Shown here: positions 1 to 12,339 of the stretch, piece after piece
How positions within the stretch are numbered: position 1 is the first letter of the stretch
Layout: every line of letters begins with the position of its first letter
DNA from: Octopus bimaculoides
Taxonomy: Eukaryota
DNA: 64,000 nt
Direction: 5' to 3'
Assembly (NCBI RefSeq): GCF_001194135.2
Contig: NC_068998.1
Span: forward strand, 39,760,898-39,824,897
Program-made: the position numbers and the translations under genes
Notes under the pieces: model-generated
Seen by the model: only the letters and a program-made list of their open reading frames with translations
Database searches by the model: none
What the model was told of the DNA's origin: nothing

Positions 1-54
1 TCCACCGAGTCGGGTACGTCTCCTACCCGTTAAAAGACGAAATAATGCCGACAT
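1..54 (-). CDS. Possible first coding segment of a gene running off the left edge (MSALFRLLTGRRRTRLGG...)
   Basis: ATG at 54-52, 18 open codons to the window edge. A strong polypyrimidine acceptor (ctctcttttttctctctgtacttag) at 142-143 would start the exon at 141. A CpG-rich, 5'UTR-like region lies at 800-1080. No homology recognised. Confidence 0.3.
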   Translation of the reverse strand, partial: MSALFRLLTGRRRTRLGG

Positions 55-245
55 TGCTGCTATCTTTTCAACATAGAAATAACTAGTTAGTGACAGTAAT
101 AACAGTAATATTACTACTAATACTATTTAAAGCAACGGAGACTAAGTACAGAGAGAAAAAGAGAGTGAGAGCTCTGGATGTGCGTGTGAGAGAGAGAGAG
201 AGAGAGAGACACGGCGAGTAAATGTTACTGCATTAAACTTTCTTT

Positions 246-277
<32 letters not shown>

Positions 278-1545
278 TATATTGTTTCGGGTGTTCTTCC
301 GTGTGTTTATACTGTTGCTTCTTTCTCTCGCCTTTTTTTAAAATATATATATATATATATATACCCCGGTTAGTGGGTGTACGTCATGGATGAGAAATTC
401 AAACAAAGGCAGACGACAATAATGGGTAATTCAATCAGCTCTCCAAGAGGTTAAGTCTACTGTAAGTATTTTTTTTTTTCGGTGATTATCCACGTATTTT
501 CACGTCCTTGGTCTGTGTATGTGTGTATTTATTTAAATAATTTTTCCCTAACTTTTTCTTCCTACTGAGCAACAACTTCCTGCCTCACGATATCTCTTTC
601 TATATATTTGTGTATATACACAGTTTGTGTCTTCATAGACATATAGTAGAAGTTTTTAAGGAGGTGGTTCCCCTTATTTTCCCCCCTTATATTATTATAA
701 TCACAGTCCACTGCTTTGTAGTAGTAGCTGTATTAGTAATGGTATATGGATATAGTTATACTTATAATGGTGTTGTTGCAGTTATTGTCAGCAAGAGTTT
801 ACGATTTGTGTTGCTGTCCGTCATGGTAGCGCCTGTAGGCTGATTCGGCTCCGCCACACTAAATCCACAGTACTCGGTTCAGACAGGTGGTGGGGGGGGG
901 GGCAATTGTCGATACTGCTGCTGCTCGCGGTGACTCGGACGAGTAAAGCAGGAGGAGGGGAAAAGTTGAGCACGAAGCTGATACACAAGAAGAATAAGAT
1001 AATAACAGCTACAATAGAGTAATAGTAAGAGGATGATGATAGAGTAACAAGAAGCGAAGAAAGGTGCATTTCTCACGGGCTTGTGCATGTGTGTGATTAT
1101 ATGCGGGTATATGTGTGTGTGTGATCCACACTCCCCCCCTCTGTCTATCTTTCACATATATACATTTATTCTTTGTCTCATTTTGTCTTTCTTTACATCT
1201 TTTGCTCTCTCTCTCTTTCTTCTCTCTCATTGGTTTTACTCTTTCACCTTTTCTCTTTCCCTACCCTATACTCTTTCTTTTCCTATTTACACTTTCTCCG
1301 CTTTATTCATGTCCCTCACATTTACCCTCCACACTCGCTCTCTTTTTTCTTCCCCGGTTGTCATTGTTTCTCTTTCTCTATCTGTCTTACACGTTCTCTC
1401 TCTCTCTCTCTCTCTCTGTCTTTTTCCTTCACGCTTAACTACGCCATTCTTATATTCCAGTCTCTCTCTTTGTCTTTCTGCCTTAACTTTTACATAGAAT
1501 TCCCAACTTATATTTCCTTATTTCAGTATTTCGTTTACTATTCCT

Positions 1546-1550
1546 AATAG

Positions 1551-1581
<31 letters not shown>

Positions 1582-1813
1582 CCTGTTTGTCTCTTTCTCT
1601 CTCTCTCTCTCTCTATCTATCTAGCTATCGAAGTCTGTCTGTCTCTATGTCTGTCTGTCTATATCTCAGTGCCTCTCTGTCTCTATCTATCTGTCAGTGC
1701 CTCTCTCTCTCTTTATCTATCTATCTATCTGTTTGTGTCTGTGACTCTATCTGTCAGTCTGTCTATCTCTATCTGTGTATCTGTCTGTCTTTATGTTAAC
1801 TGTCTGTCTGTTT

Positions 1814-1869
<56 letters not shown>

Positions 1870-1892
1870 CTATTTATCTATCTATCTCTATC
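1546..1892. repeat. Compound microsatellite (TCTA)n/(TC)n/(TCTG)n
   Basis: Directly visible; source of several spurious S/L-rich ORFs. Confidence 0.95.
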
Positions 1893-1894
1893 TA

Positions 1895-3044
1895 CAAGGA
1901 GGTATCAAAAAGTTCCAGGAATAGTTGTTTAATAAAAAAATAACTTATTTACCTAAGTTTTAATATCACCTCCTTCAAAATATTTACCTTGCGCAGCAAC
2001 ACAGTGGTCCCAACATTCCTGCCACTTTTGGAATCCAGCTTGGAAGTCAAGGACCTTCTGCCATTCACTCTAGATCACAACAACAGTGTTAAAACAGCAA
2101 TCTTTGGGCTGCATTTTCATCTTAGGGAAGACATAGAAGTCCACAAGTGCTGACGAATACGGCAGGTGCGGAATGATGACATGAGCAAGGAGAATTCAGT
2201 GACAGGGTTCATTGTCATCATGAAGGGTCCGATTCTTTACGCTCAACAGATCTGGTCACTTTCACCAAATGTCCTCCCTCAAACACTTAAAAATGTCACA
2301 GTAAAACTCTCAATTGACGGTTTCGCCTCAGGAGACAAATTCTTGATGCACAATACCATATTTCCAAGGGTAACACTTGTGGCAGATCTTCTAGATCAGG
2401 GGTTTTCAAACTTTTTGACTTGCGGACCCCTTTATATTTCAGGCTTTTTATGAAATTTATACATAAATATTTGCTTAAAATAACATATTTTTACATTTAT
2501 TTATTTAACAGTATTTAACAAATAGGTTTATTGTCAATTAAAAGATTTCGATTAAAAAAACATATATAAAATCAAATTGCCCATAAAAAGTATTTGCTGT
2601 CCACGGAACCCCTGTCTTGTCCTTGTGGACCCCCTGTGGTCCACGGACCACAGTTTGAAAACCCCTGTTCTAGATCGCTCATCATTTTCCAGAGATGTTC
2701 TTCCAATTTTGAAGTGCCTGCACCACTTGAAACATTGTGTACAACCCATTGCCTCATTGCCATAAACTTGCTGAAGCATGCTTAATGTCTCTGCAGCAGA
2801 CTTCCCAAGTTTAATGCAAAATTTCACATTGGCTCTTTGGTCCTGTCCATAACAAAATCGCAGACTACAGCATACATGTGATCTCAAAAACACAAATTTC
2901 ACAACTTGCAAAGTAAACACAGTGATGTCACTCGGCACACTGCCTCATGAAGGCCACTGCTAGCTGTCATTGCACATGCAACTAGTTGCTACAATCAGTT
3001 GGTGCACTACAGAATTAGTCTAGGAAATTTTTGATACCACCTTG
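1895..3044 (-). mobile_element. Internally deleted mariner (Tc1/mariner) fossil
   Basis: TIRs CAAGGAGGTATCAAAAAGTTCC / GGAAATTTTTGATACCACCTTG with TA on both sides. Minus strand encodes the mariner HTH N-terminus (QRANVKFCIKLGKSAAETLSMLQQVYG...SLENDERS) and decayed catalytic pieces (GIVHQEF, LHDDN, HLPYS..L.DF). Confidence 0.9.
2397..2667. mobile_element. hAT (Charlie-like) MITE nested in the mariner
   Basis: Termini CAGGGGTTTTCAAACT / AGTTTGAAAACCCCTG and a perfect 8-bp TSD TTCTAGAT at 2389-2396 and 2668-2675. Confidence 0.93.
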
Positions 3045-3172
3045 TATCTATCTATATACCTATCTTATCTAGTCTGTCTGTCTACCTATCTATCAATCTG
3101 TCTTCTTCTTCTGCCTTTCTCACTTCTACTCTTCTCTCATTCTTTCAATTTATTTCACTCATTACTCAACAC

Positions 3173-3221
<49 letters not shown>

Positions 3222-3628
3222 CCATTCAAACTTTCTTTGCCTCTACCAACTCATACATCAGGAGTTCAATTCCACTGCTGCTATCACATTTTTGTTCTTC
3301 AACCCCAGGTTGTTGCTAATCCAGTAAAACCATGATTAAAAATGTTTCACTTGGTGCTATTCTAATGCACAGTAGTTATCCAGAGGCACCACTGATCAAG
3401 GAGGGAGCTCAATGCAAATTTTTGTATGATTTTGTTGTGTGGGACCACTCTCACCATGCATTATAGACCCAGGTGCCCATTATACAGTTTAAGACAGCTT
3501 CAGCCTATGCAACAATGCCAAAATCTTTAAACATTGTAATATATCAATAAAACCTAACATATATATACATACATATAAGATGAGGTGTAGGCATGGCTGT
3601 GTGGTCAGAAGCCTGCTTCCCAACCACA

Positions 3629-3638
3629 NNNNNNNNNN
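3629..3638. other. Assembly gap (10 N) next to (TA)n
   Basis: N run. Confidence 1.
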
Positions 3639-3693
<55 letters not shown>

Positions 3694-3769
3694 CATACAC
3701 ATATATATATACATACATACACATATATATACATATATACCACATGTGTGGTGTGTATTCATATATATA

Positions 3770-5026
3770 CAGGGTGTGTAAAGTATTTGAGGACATACCT
3801 TTTTGGGATCATTGCTGCATTTTTTGCTTACTTTGGATAATCTTTGTTCCAGAAAATAATAATGGCAGACCCTCAGCTTACTCAAGAAATGAAGAGGCAT
3901 GCTGTTATTGTGGTTTTAAAGGCTGGGTATAGTGATTTAGAAATATTTTGATTTTTAAAAGTTGCCAGATCTTTCGTCTACAAAGTTTGTTAGGAGCTAG
4001 AGACTGAAGATGGAAACATATCACCAGTATCAAAACATAAAAAGCATTCTAAACACTCTGAAATCATCAGAACACCTGAATTTATCCAAAAAGTTCAACA
4101 GACCATTGATTACAATGCCAGAAAGTCCATGAGGTCAATTGGAAAACATCTCCATGTGTCGAGGAACAGTCAGAAATTCTGTCCACGAAGACATCAGATA
4201 TAAGTCTTGTATGATGAGGAAAGGTCAATTTGTCAGAAAAAGCAAAAGAAAATCACTACATCAGATCTAAAAGGCTCTTAAACAAACTGAAAAATCCAGC
4301 AGAAGATTTGATTTGGTTTTTCTCAAATGAGAAAATCTTCAACCAAGATCAAAAAGTTTACAAAAGAAATGACAGATGGTTATGTGCAGAACCCTTCTGA
4401 AGTTCCAAATGTTATGTGTACAAAATTTCCTGCAACTGTCATGGTTTTAGGGGTTGTCAGCAATGAAGCACATGTGATGCCTCCTTACTTTCCACATGGC
4501 CTTAGAGTTAACTCTGCTGCCTATATTAAGGTCCTGGAAATAATTGTTTAGCCTTGGATAGACAGTGTATGCAATGGAAGGCAATGTGTGTTTCAGCAGG
4601 ACTCTGCACTATCACACATGGCTCTAGTAACACAGGAATGGATGGCTGAAAATTTTCGTGATCACATAATCCCTAACATTTGGCCTCCTAATTCCCCAGA
4701 TCTCAATCCATTGGACTATTACATGCGGAGCGTTGTTGAGAGAGAAGTCAATGAACACACCCATAACACCAACGATTCTTTGAAAGCTGTGAGAGTCAAA
4801 GTAATGTCCAAAATGAATCAGGACCACTTGATTCGAGCATGTAGATCATTTAGATCTCATATAGAAGCAGTAGTTGAAGCTGAAGGTGGCTTTGTTGAAT
4901 AACATTATAGAAAAGTTTTATTTTTATCCTCGTAGCATTTTTTGATAAATAAAGTTATCATCTGTTATTATATATCTGTTTTTTTTTTATAAACATAATC
5001 TGGCCTTAAATATCTTACGCACCCTG
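3770..5026 (+). mobile_element. Full-length but decayed DD37D (maT/mori-type) Tc1/mariner transposon
   Basis: TIRs CAGGGTGTGTAAAGTATTTGAGG / CCTTAAATATCTTACGCACCCTG with TA flanks. Transposase remnants run 3862-4902 with stops and frameshifts. There are 37 residues between the D of FQQD and the D of NPLD (WPPNSPDLNPLD). The first catalytic D appears mutated (FSNEK). Confidence 0.9.
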
Positions 5027-6299
5027 TACACACACAGAGTGTATGGCGTTATTTCGCATGATTTATGCGTGCAGACTGTAGTGAACTTCCTTAGGCAAGG
5101 TAGATTACTCTGGTTGTCCAAGACGACTTTAGTTAATCACATCCATGCTGGATTAATTCTGTCGTTCGTTATAGGAAGAACAGTTAGCTGTAAACTTTCT
5201 CTGATGTTCAATGTACAAATATCCGAATGTTTCTACCCCCGGTAAAGCTCTTGATACACAACAAAATAGAACACCCTGCTGTATTTGCTAGGCGTTTGTT
5301 GAATCGATCGTAAACCCACGGAACACGACCGAGTATGCTGTGGTTCTATGGCTATGATACATACCACCTTTAGCCAGTGTTTAATTGCTGCTTACACTTT
5401 TAGATGTGATTAAAGTATGACTAATTTATCTTTATTTTTATGGTGGTTTCACCTGAGCTGGGAGGGGTTACCTGACTACACGATGATGGACTTTTCGACT
5501 GCTATAAGCTCGGAGAGAAACCTTTGTGATATGTGCATGTCGGGCAATGAAACGAGTTTTAATACTAGAGAAAAGTATTTTTATGGCTTACAGTCAATGC
5601 AGTTTGCGTAACACACAAGAGAAAGGCGGGTGGTCATAGTGGGAACGTCATTACTCATGGGTTTTCACCGTTGGGATTGACCCGATGTCAAAAGAGCGAT
5701 GCTCTGCGTGGTCGTTCGAATATCAGCTAAATTTCTCTATAAGCATACCCTACCGCCTGAAAATAGAAATTAAAATAAATAGATATTCAATAAAGCAATT
5801 TAAGATTGATTGTATTTGAAAAGATGGGATTGTCGCAGCTCGAATGTCTTTGATTGATCATGCATAGGTGTACTCAATGGTTGCTGACCCCGGGTTAAAC
5901 ATCAAAGAGTAATAAAGCGGTAAGCGGCATTAGAGTATAAGAAAACATCTCTCATTACTTTAAGATAATATTAGTTATTTTATTATTGTTTAAGTGATGT
6001 TAAATAATTAGTGCCACCTTTTGCTTCGGCCATAACCTGAATATGTTTTCATATATTAAAAGGGATGCACAGGTAAGGGTTGTTCGAGATACAACCCCCA
6101 CCCCCAATAATGATCTAAAACTTCTGAAGTTCAGGTGAGAAAAAACTGGAATGATAAAACTGAAGATTTTGCGCCGCTAAAATATATTATACCATTACTT
6201 TAATTTAAATTTTTCATAAAATCATTTGAAAAAGCATTTTCTCTGCTCCAAATATAAAATTCAGAGTTTTACTTGTTCACAGATGCGAAAATAAGGACT

Positions 6300-6423
6300 G
6301 GCTTTCATTTAGTAAACAAACATGTCAGCGCCCTTGTAAATGGCGTGGTTTTGCAATGTATAATCTACAGTTTCCTTTCTTTGACATGGTTATTTGATCT
6401 CATTCACTGCTGCTGCTATTATA
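6300..6423 (+). other. TMEM177: Candidate non-coding first exon / promoter region of TMEM177
   Basis: CpG-containing segment ending in a GTAAGT donor at 6424. A 67-nt intron to an acceptor at 6490 is plausible. The start is approximate. Confidence 0.3.
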
Positions 6424-6490
6424 GTAAGTTATTTACTCGAGTTTGGTTGTAGTTTTGATGTTGTTGAATATTAATTAAGATGTTATTTAG

Positions 6491-6591
6491 TTTCCGCCTT
6501 GAGTTTGAAGTTGTCATTAACTATTTCCGAAGGTCGAATAAGTGCCATGTCTAAACAGGTGTGCCCTGCCGAATCGAACACACTTGCTAAG
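6491..6591 (+). other. TMEM177: Candidate 5' exon of TMEM177 containing GCC-ATG ORF MSKQVCPAESNTLAK (6547-6591)
   Basis: Acceptor ttatttag at 6490, good Kozak context, donor AAG|GTATGC at 6592 in phase 0. The 14961 acceptor needs an upstream exon. Confidence 0.4.
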
Positions 6592-6675
6592 GTATGCCGA
6601 TTCCTTTATTAATTAGCCTTCTATCTTTCGTTGAAAGAAGTCAATATCATCTTCTAGTTCCTTGAGTATTAATAT

Positions 6676-6783
6676 GGTAATTTTGGCGGAGGTAAAGAAT
6701 ACGTACATCACCCGTTTTCGGCGTAACAAAAACCCTAACCCTAAACACCGGTTGTACGTATTCTTTACTTTCGCCGTAATTTC
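6676..6783. mobile_element. Short inverted-repeat element with internal telomere-like AACCCTAACCCTAA (possible Helitron/Helentron-type remnant)
   Basis: About 29-bp imperfect inverted repeat (…GGTAAAGAATACGTACA / TGTACGTATTCTTTAC…) around the motif. Family assignment is a guess. Confidence 0.35.
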
Positions 6784-9330
6784 TTACGTAAGCACACGAT
6801 CAGAAATTTGGAAATAAGGGTTTAGTCGATTAAATTGGTTCTAGTAGTTGACATGTACTTTATTTTATCGACCCAGAAACAACGATAAACGAATAAACGC
6901 TTGACTGGGTTTGAATTGAGAATATAAAATGATCCAAGAGAAATACGACGCTCTAATGATTCTAACAAGTCACCAGCTTACAGTTGTTTCTAACATAGGC
7001 ACATAGGGTTGTAACGTAGTTAAACTTATGAGGGAGGAGGCCAATTGATTAAATGAATCTCCTGAACTTACCTGGGATTTTGTTTTATATAGAGGATAAC
7101 TCCTCTAGACTGGATAAAATAAAGTCCAAAATTACGAAGATAAAAAACCAGAACAAATACTGCAAAGTATTTTTACCCCGACGCTATAACGATTCTAGCA
7201 ATCCACCACCCTTCTGCGTAATGATATAATAATGATATATCCTCTTATTGATACGGATTCAAATTCGTTGAAGGAGTGGTTTCACACAGGTTCACAAGAA
7301 TACTGAAAATTTACTAATCTATCCGTCTCCTCCGCTTACTCTCCTTGGGACAGTCGTGGGGATAGTGTCCTCAGACACCCTCTCTTTAGGGTTGTATAAG
7401 AAGAAACCATTGTTAGACTTTCCGGCTGCATTCCAAACCGTGACCAACTGAGGCTATGAATATCCAACCATCTTAGTCCTAATCTACCTCTAGGTCTCCT
7501 GTCAGCTTACCCTGAAGAATCTGTTTTGCAATTTTTTCCTACGACACGCTAATCACATGTATGCAGTACTGGAGCTGTAACCTGTCAGTAACAGGAATTA
7601 AAAAAAAAAAGTCCAAGATTTATTGTATGAAATATGTCATTTTATTTATTTATACTTTTAGCATGTTATTGCTGCAACACAACCTAGACACGAGTAGGTT
7701 TGATTTTTAGGTAAGAAATATAATATTCGATAGATTAATTACTAGTTAGTAGGTTCAGGCAAAAACTACGCTTTTTTCCCACATTAAGACTTTCTTACTG
7801 CTTTTTCGTTTCTAGGACACTATGAAAGTGAAAGCATTTATCTCGTGAAAAGTAGGTGTTTTCCGAGCCAAAAGACACGAGTGATTTTTCCTTTATTATA
7901 AACAATGAAAACATTTTCTGAGAAAATGAAACTATTAAAGAATGAATGTGAACCGTAATGTGCCTGTTAAATACAGTAGTGCTGTTCAAACTTTTTTTTA
8001 CTATCGCCCCTAACACTGTTTCTAGACCCCGTAGCTACATTCAATGCCCTCCCACCCCACATTTTTAACATACATGCACGTAATATCAGGCAAAAATAAT
8101 TTAGTTCCAAGTACTGGTCTAATGCTGGTGACTACTTCCACAACATTTCCTTACTTCCTGTAAGGGAATGCTATAAGAATAGATGGTATATATTCAGTTT
8201 TGTTTATTTGCTTATTTACATTTCAAAGTCTGATGTCGTGATTATGCCTAACAAGCATTTTATTACCGTATTAAAAAAGTTTTCATTTGATACTTAAATG
8301 GAAAACAAAGACTTTAAAAAAACTATACAGATGCACCCAGCCATGCCCTCTGTCTCTGATACTCTTGTAAATTTTCCCACTGTTCCACTTCCAGCAATGC
8401 TGTACAACATCTAATATGTTGTTCTCATTATTAAGTTAGCTCTGCCAAATGTTTAGTGATTGCATTCATAACTAACATGATTATTGTTTAAAACCAAGTG
8501 GACTCTACTAAAGGCACCCAAGGACCAGTTGATAATGTTAAATTGGGCAACAGTTTAAAGATATTATTCAAGAACATAGGACACAAAGAAATGGAATAAA
8601 TATCATAATCTGTCTCATCCAATGCTTTACTAATTCTGCTCTGGAATGACATTTTATTTTATTGACTCCTGCAAAAAATAAAAGTAAAATTTATATTGGC
8701 ATGATTTGATCTCACTGTGCAGAGAATTGTAATAGGATATTTCATCTTACAATCTGCCAACAACCATACTCATTTGTCATCTTGGATAAGTTCTTATGCT
8801 GGGCAAGAGGTGGGTGTCTGATGTTTTGGGACTGACCCTTTGTCTAAAAGGGAAAGGATTTTTCAATTCGGGTTTCTATATAGTAGTGAGAATGAGAATA
8901 TAGCAAGACAGGGCCAGGAGAGAGGGGATGAATATAGGAAATGTTTGGAGCTGTTGTATAAAATAAAAACGATAAAAAGTAACAAGTTCCATATTTGCAT
9001 TGTTATAACAAAGTTCAATGAGTGTATGTATGTGTGAGTGGGGTAATGAATATGGATGTGTAGTTAGTGGACAGGTGACGAAATTTAGGGTGTGTGCTTG
9101 TGAGAACAACGAAAATAATTGCTAGATGCAGGGTAAAAGTACACCAGTGACAATGTTCAGATTGTGTGTTTAGTTGAGTGGAATACCATAGTTTTAATAA
9201 CAACACACTCTGTGATTCTGCTCTTAAACCTTTCCGTGAAAATAATAATACAGAGCTCTTTGTTAAATTTTTCGAATTAATCGACAGTTCTGCTCTTCTA
9301 AACCTCGTCATATTTTTATTTTATCTATCT

Positions 9331-9630
9331 TTTACTTGTTTCACTCATTAGATTGTGACCATGCTGGGGCACTTCCTTAAAGGGTTGTGGTTGAATCAAT
9401 TTACCCCACTACTTCTTTTTAAGCTTGGTACTTATTCTATCGATCTCTTTTTACCAAACCACTTAGTTACAGAGATGTAAATGAACACCAGATGTCAAGC
9501 GGTGGTGGGGGACAGACAAGCGCATTTCAGTTTCCGTCTACCAAATCCATACACAAGGCTTTGGTCGGCCCGGAACTGAACTCAAAATCATGTCGTTTGA
9601 AAACAAATTTCTTTCTATACAGCCACGCAT
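9331..9630 (-). mobile_element. tRNA-derived SINE (family A, octopus-type), degraded
   Basis: Shares core CAAAGCCTTGTG..GATTTGGTAGACGGAAACTGAA and tail with the copies at 11.4, 11.8 and 28.7 kb. Confidence 0.8.
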
Positions 9631-10426
9631 AAAAATAATTTTCTATTGCCTTGGTATTTTTATTTACGAAAGGAATCCCAGACAAACAATATTCCAAGAA
9701 TTAACATTTGCCTTTTTTTTTTTTTTTTTTTTTCCGAATTAGTAATTCTGATTTTGGTATTAAAAGGGTTAATTATAAATTAACAATCGATATAAAAATG
9801 CTCTGTTACGGGTTAGTAGTAAGGGTTTGAAAACTATGGAAAATCATTTCCTTGGGAAAGTCCATCTAGAGTTGTCCCCCCTTATAGAAAGTGTTTAACT
9901 TATAAAAGCTGGTAGTCCTGTGTTGTGAATTGGCAGATTTGTTCGTGTCTGATAAGATAACTTGCAGTATCTGTTGTGGCACTTTGTGTTCTAAGTTTAA
10001 ATTATGCCTCTTTGCGGTGAGGAACGGAGCATTCAAGCCCCAGCTAACAGTGACAGACCTCCAATATCAGACAGATTATTTATTATTATTTTTTCAATTA
10101 TGGCTGGGTTCCAACCTGAGCCGTTACTGGAAAGAACAGTAAGAATGCAGAGGGTTTGGGTTTGGCACCTGTGTAGCAGACAGGTATGTATAAATGCAAT
10201 TGTGTGTGTGAATATATATATATATATCGCCTGTGTTAGAATGGGGGCAGCTGATGAAGGAAAATGTTCTCTATGTGGCCTGTGAGTTTTCTGTACTCAG
10301 GTTATTATTATTTTTTTGTCTACGTTTTGTTTGCAATGTCCTGTACCCAGATATGCACCTATATATACAGGTAGATGTAGGTATACACATACTTGTACGT
10401 ATATATGCATATACTCATTTATTATT

Positions 10427-10463
<37 letters not shown>

Positions 10464-11420
10464 CACACACACATAAACAGACACGCGCACACATATACAA
10501 CTTTAAAGAGGAAATTTATGTTTTGTTATTTTGACTGTGTCTCATAAAGCCTATCTCAAATCTCATTGAGAGATTCAAAAAAGAAAACAAGAGATAGGTT
10601 TATAATTTACTGGTGATGTCTATTAGTTACAGGAAGTAAAAACAATTGGCTATATTTTGGTAAAGTTTAGTAACTAGAATTATTTCTGCTTCTTGTAACA
10701 AACAAACGTTTTGCCATTTATAAGCCACAAATAAGGTGGCCCATCCAAGTGGGCAAACATTCATCTTCTCAACACAAACAAAAATCCACTGATAATTACC
10801 ATATTAACTCCTTTATTTATTTATTTATTTAGTCGTTTGTTCTCTCTCAAACAGTAATACTCACCTATCTTATGGTTGACCATTAAGTCAACCCTTCAGT
10901 GGTAAATGTTACATGCTGACCTTTATTCAGAATCTCTCTTGTCTACAATGAAACGTGAACCTTGTGTCAGTTAGCTAATTTTATTCCTCTTGTCAAATAG
11001 GAGCCAACTTTCACGAAGAAATTTATCTCTTGAAGGCCAAGATGTCATCACGTTGGTTGGATTATCCTCCTTCATCTTCATGCTGTTCTTGTTGTTGTGC
11101 TTGATGTAGGCTTACTTGGCCAGCAATTTGTGTTGTGGGTTTTAACACTTCCAACCAATTTCAAGTTATTTCATGTTCATGGGAAAAACTTTTTGTTTTC
11201 AATAGTTGTGATTTTTTGTTTGTTTGTTTTTTGTATTGTTAACTTCATCAGTAGAAATGAAAGCAGCTAAATGACCTAAATGTGCAACATTAAATATATG
11301 TGTCAGTGGCCTTGTAATTAAGAATGTTACTACCATTAGTTTAAATATAACAGTCCCAAATTCAAATCGAGTCTAGTACTATATATATATGTATATATAT
11401 ATACAAACACACACACACAT

Positions 11421-11770
11421 TCTTTTACTTGTTTCAGTCATTTGACTGTGGCCATGCTGGAGCACTGCCTTTAGTCAAGCAAATCAACCCCAGGACTTAT
11501 TCTTTTTAAGCCTAGTACTTATTCTATCGGTCTCTCTTGCTGAACTGCTAAGTTATGGGAATGTAAACACACCAACATTGGTTGTCAAGCGATGGTGGGG
11601 GGACAAACACACATACACACACATGACTGGCTTCTTTCAGTTTCCGTCTACCAAATCCACTCACAAGGCTTTGGTCGGCCCGAGGCTATAGGAGAAGACA
11701 CTTGCCCAAGGTGCCACGCAGTGGGATTGAACCTGGAACCATGTGGTTGGTAAGCAAGCTACTTACCACA
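11421..11770 (-). mobile_element. tRNA-derived SINE (family A), near full length
   Basis: tRNA-like head with B-box (GGTTCCAGGTTCAATCCC), conserved core, tail CCAGCATGGCCACAGTCAAATGACTGAAACAAGTAAAAGA. Multiple copies in the window. Confidence 0.9.
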
Positions 11771-11820
11771 TAGAAATGAGAAACCTGATAGATTTTCTTT
11801 TGTGATGAAACACATTATAG

Positions 11821-12115
11821 TGGTTCTGGGTTCAGTCCCGCTGTGTGGCACTTTGGCCAAGTCTTCTACTATAGCTTTGGGCTGACCAAAGCCTTGTGAG
11901 TGGATTTGGTCGTTGGAAACTGAAAGAAGCCCGTCGTATATGTCTATATCTAAATGTGTGTCTTTGTGTCTGTTTGACCCTTCTATCACTGCTTGACAAC
12001 TGGTGTTGGTGTGTTTACATCCCCATAAGTCCTGGGGTCAATTTGTTTAACTAAAACCCTTCAAACTGGTACTCCAGCATGGCTGCAGTCAAATAACTGA
12101 AACAAGTAAAAAGAA
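11821..12115 (+). mobile_element. tRNA-derived SINE (family A), inverted relative to the adjacent copy
   Basis: Same head, core and tail on the + strand, with an internal deletion. Confidence 0.88.
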
Positions 12116-12339
12116 GAATCAATGCATGAGGACGTCTGATAGTGGTTAATAAAGAGATATGTATTGAGTACTTTTTCCTCTATCCATAAATTCAGCCCCA
12201 CCCCCACCCATGCATACATGCACACACACTAACAAGTATTGCTTATGATAAGACATTATATATACATTTATTCATTATGTATTTGATAGGTCTTTCAGGT
12301 TTCCATATATAAAACTTGTTAAACTGTTGCTTTGGTTGT

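Noticed and set aside
1009-1932. Overlapping S/L/F-rich ORFs
   Set aside because: Translations of (TC)n/(TCTA)n microsatellites.
2552-2938. 128-aa ORF as a functional gene
   Set aside because: Chimera of the mariner HTH reading into the inserted hAT MITE.
3489-3900. YIYI-repeat ORFs spanning X residues
   Set aside because: (TA)n repeats around an assembly gap.
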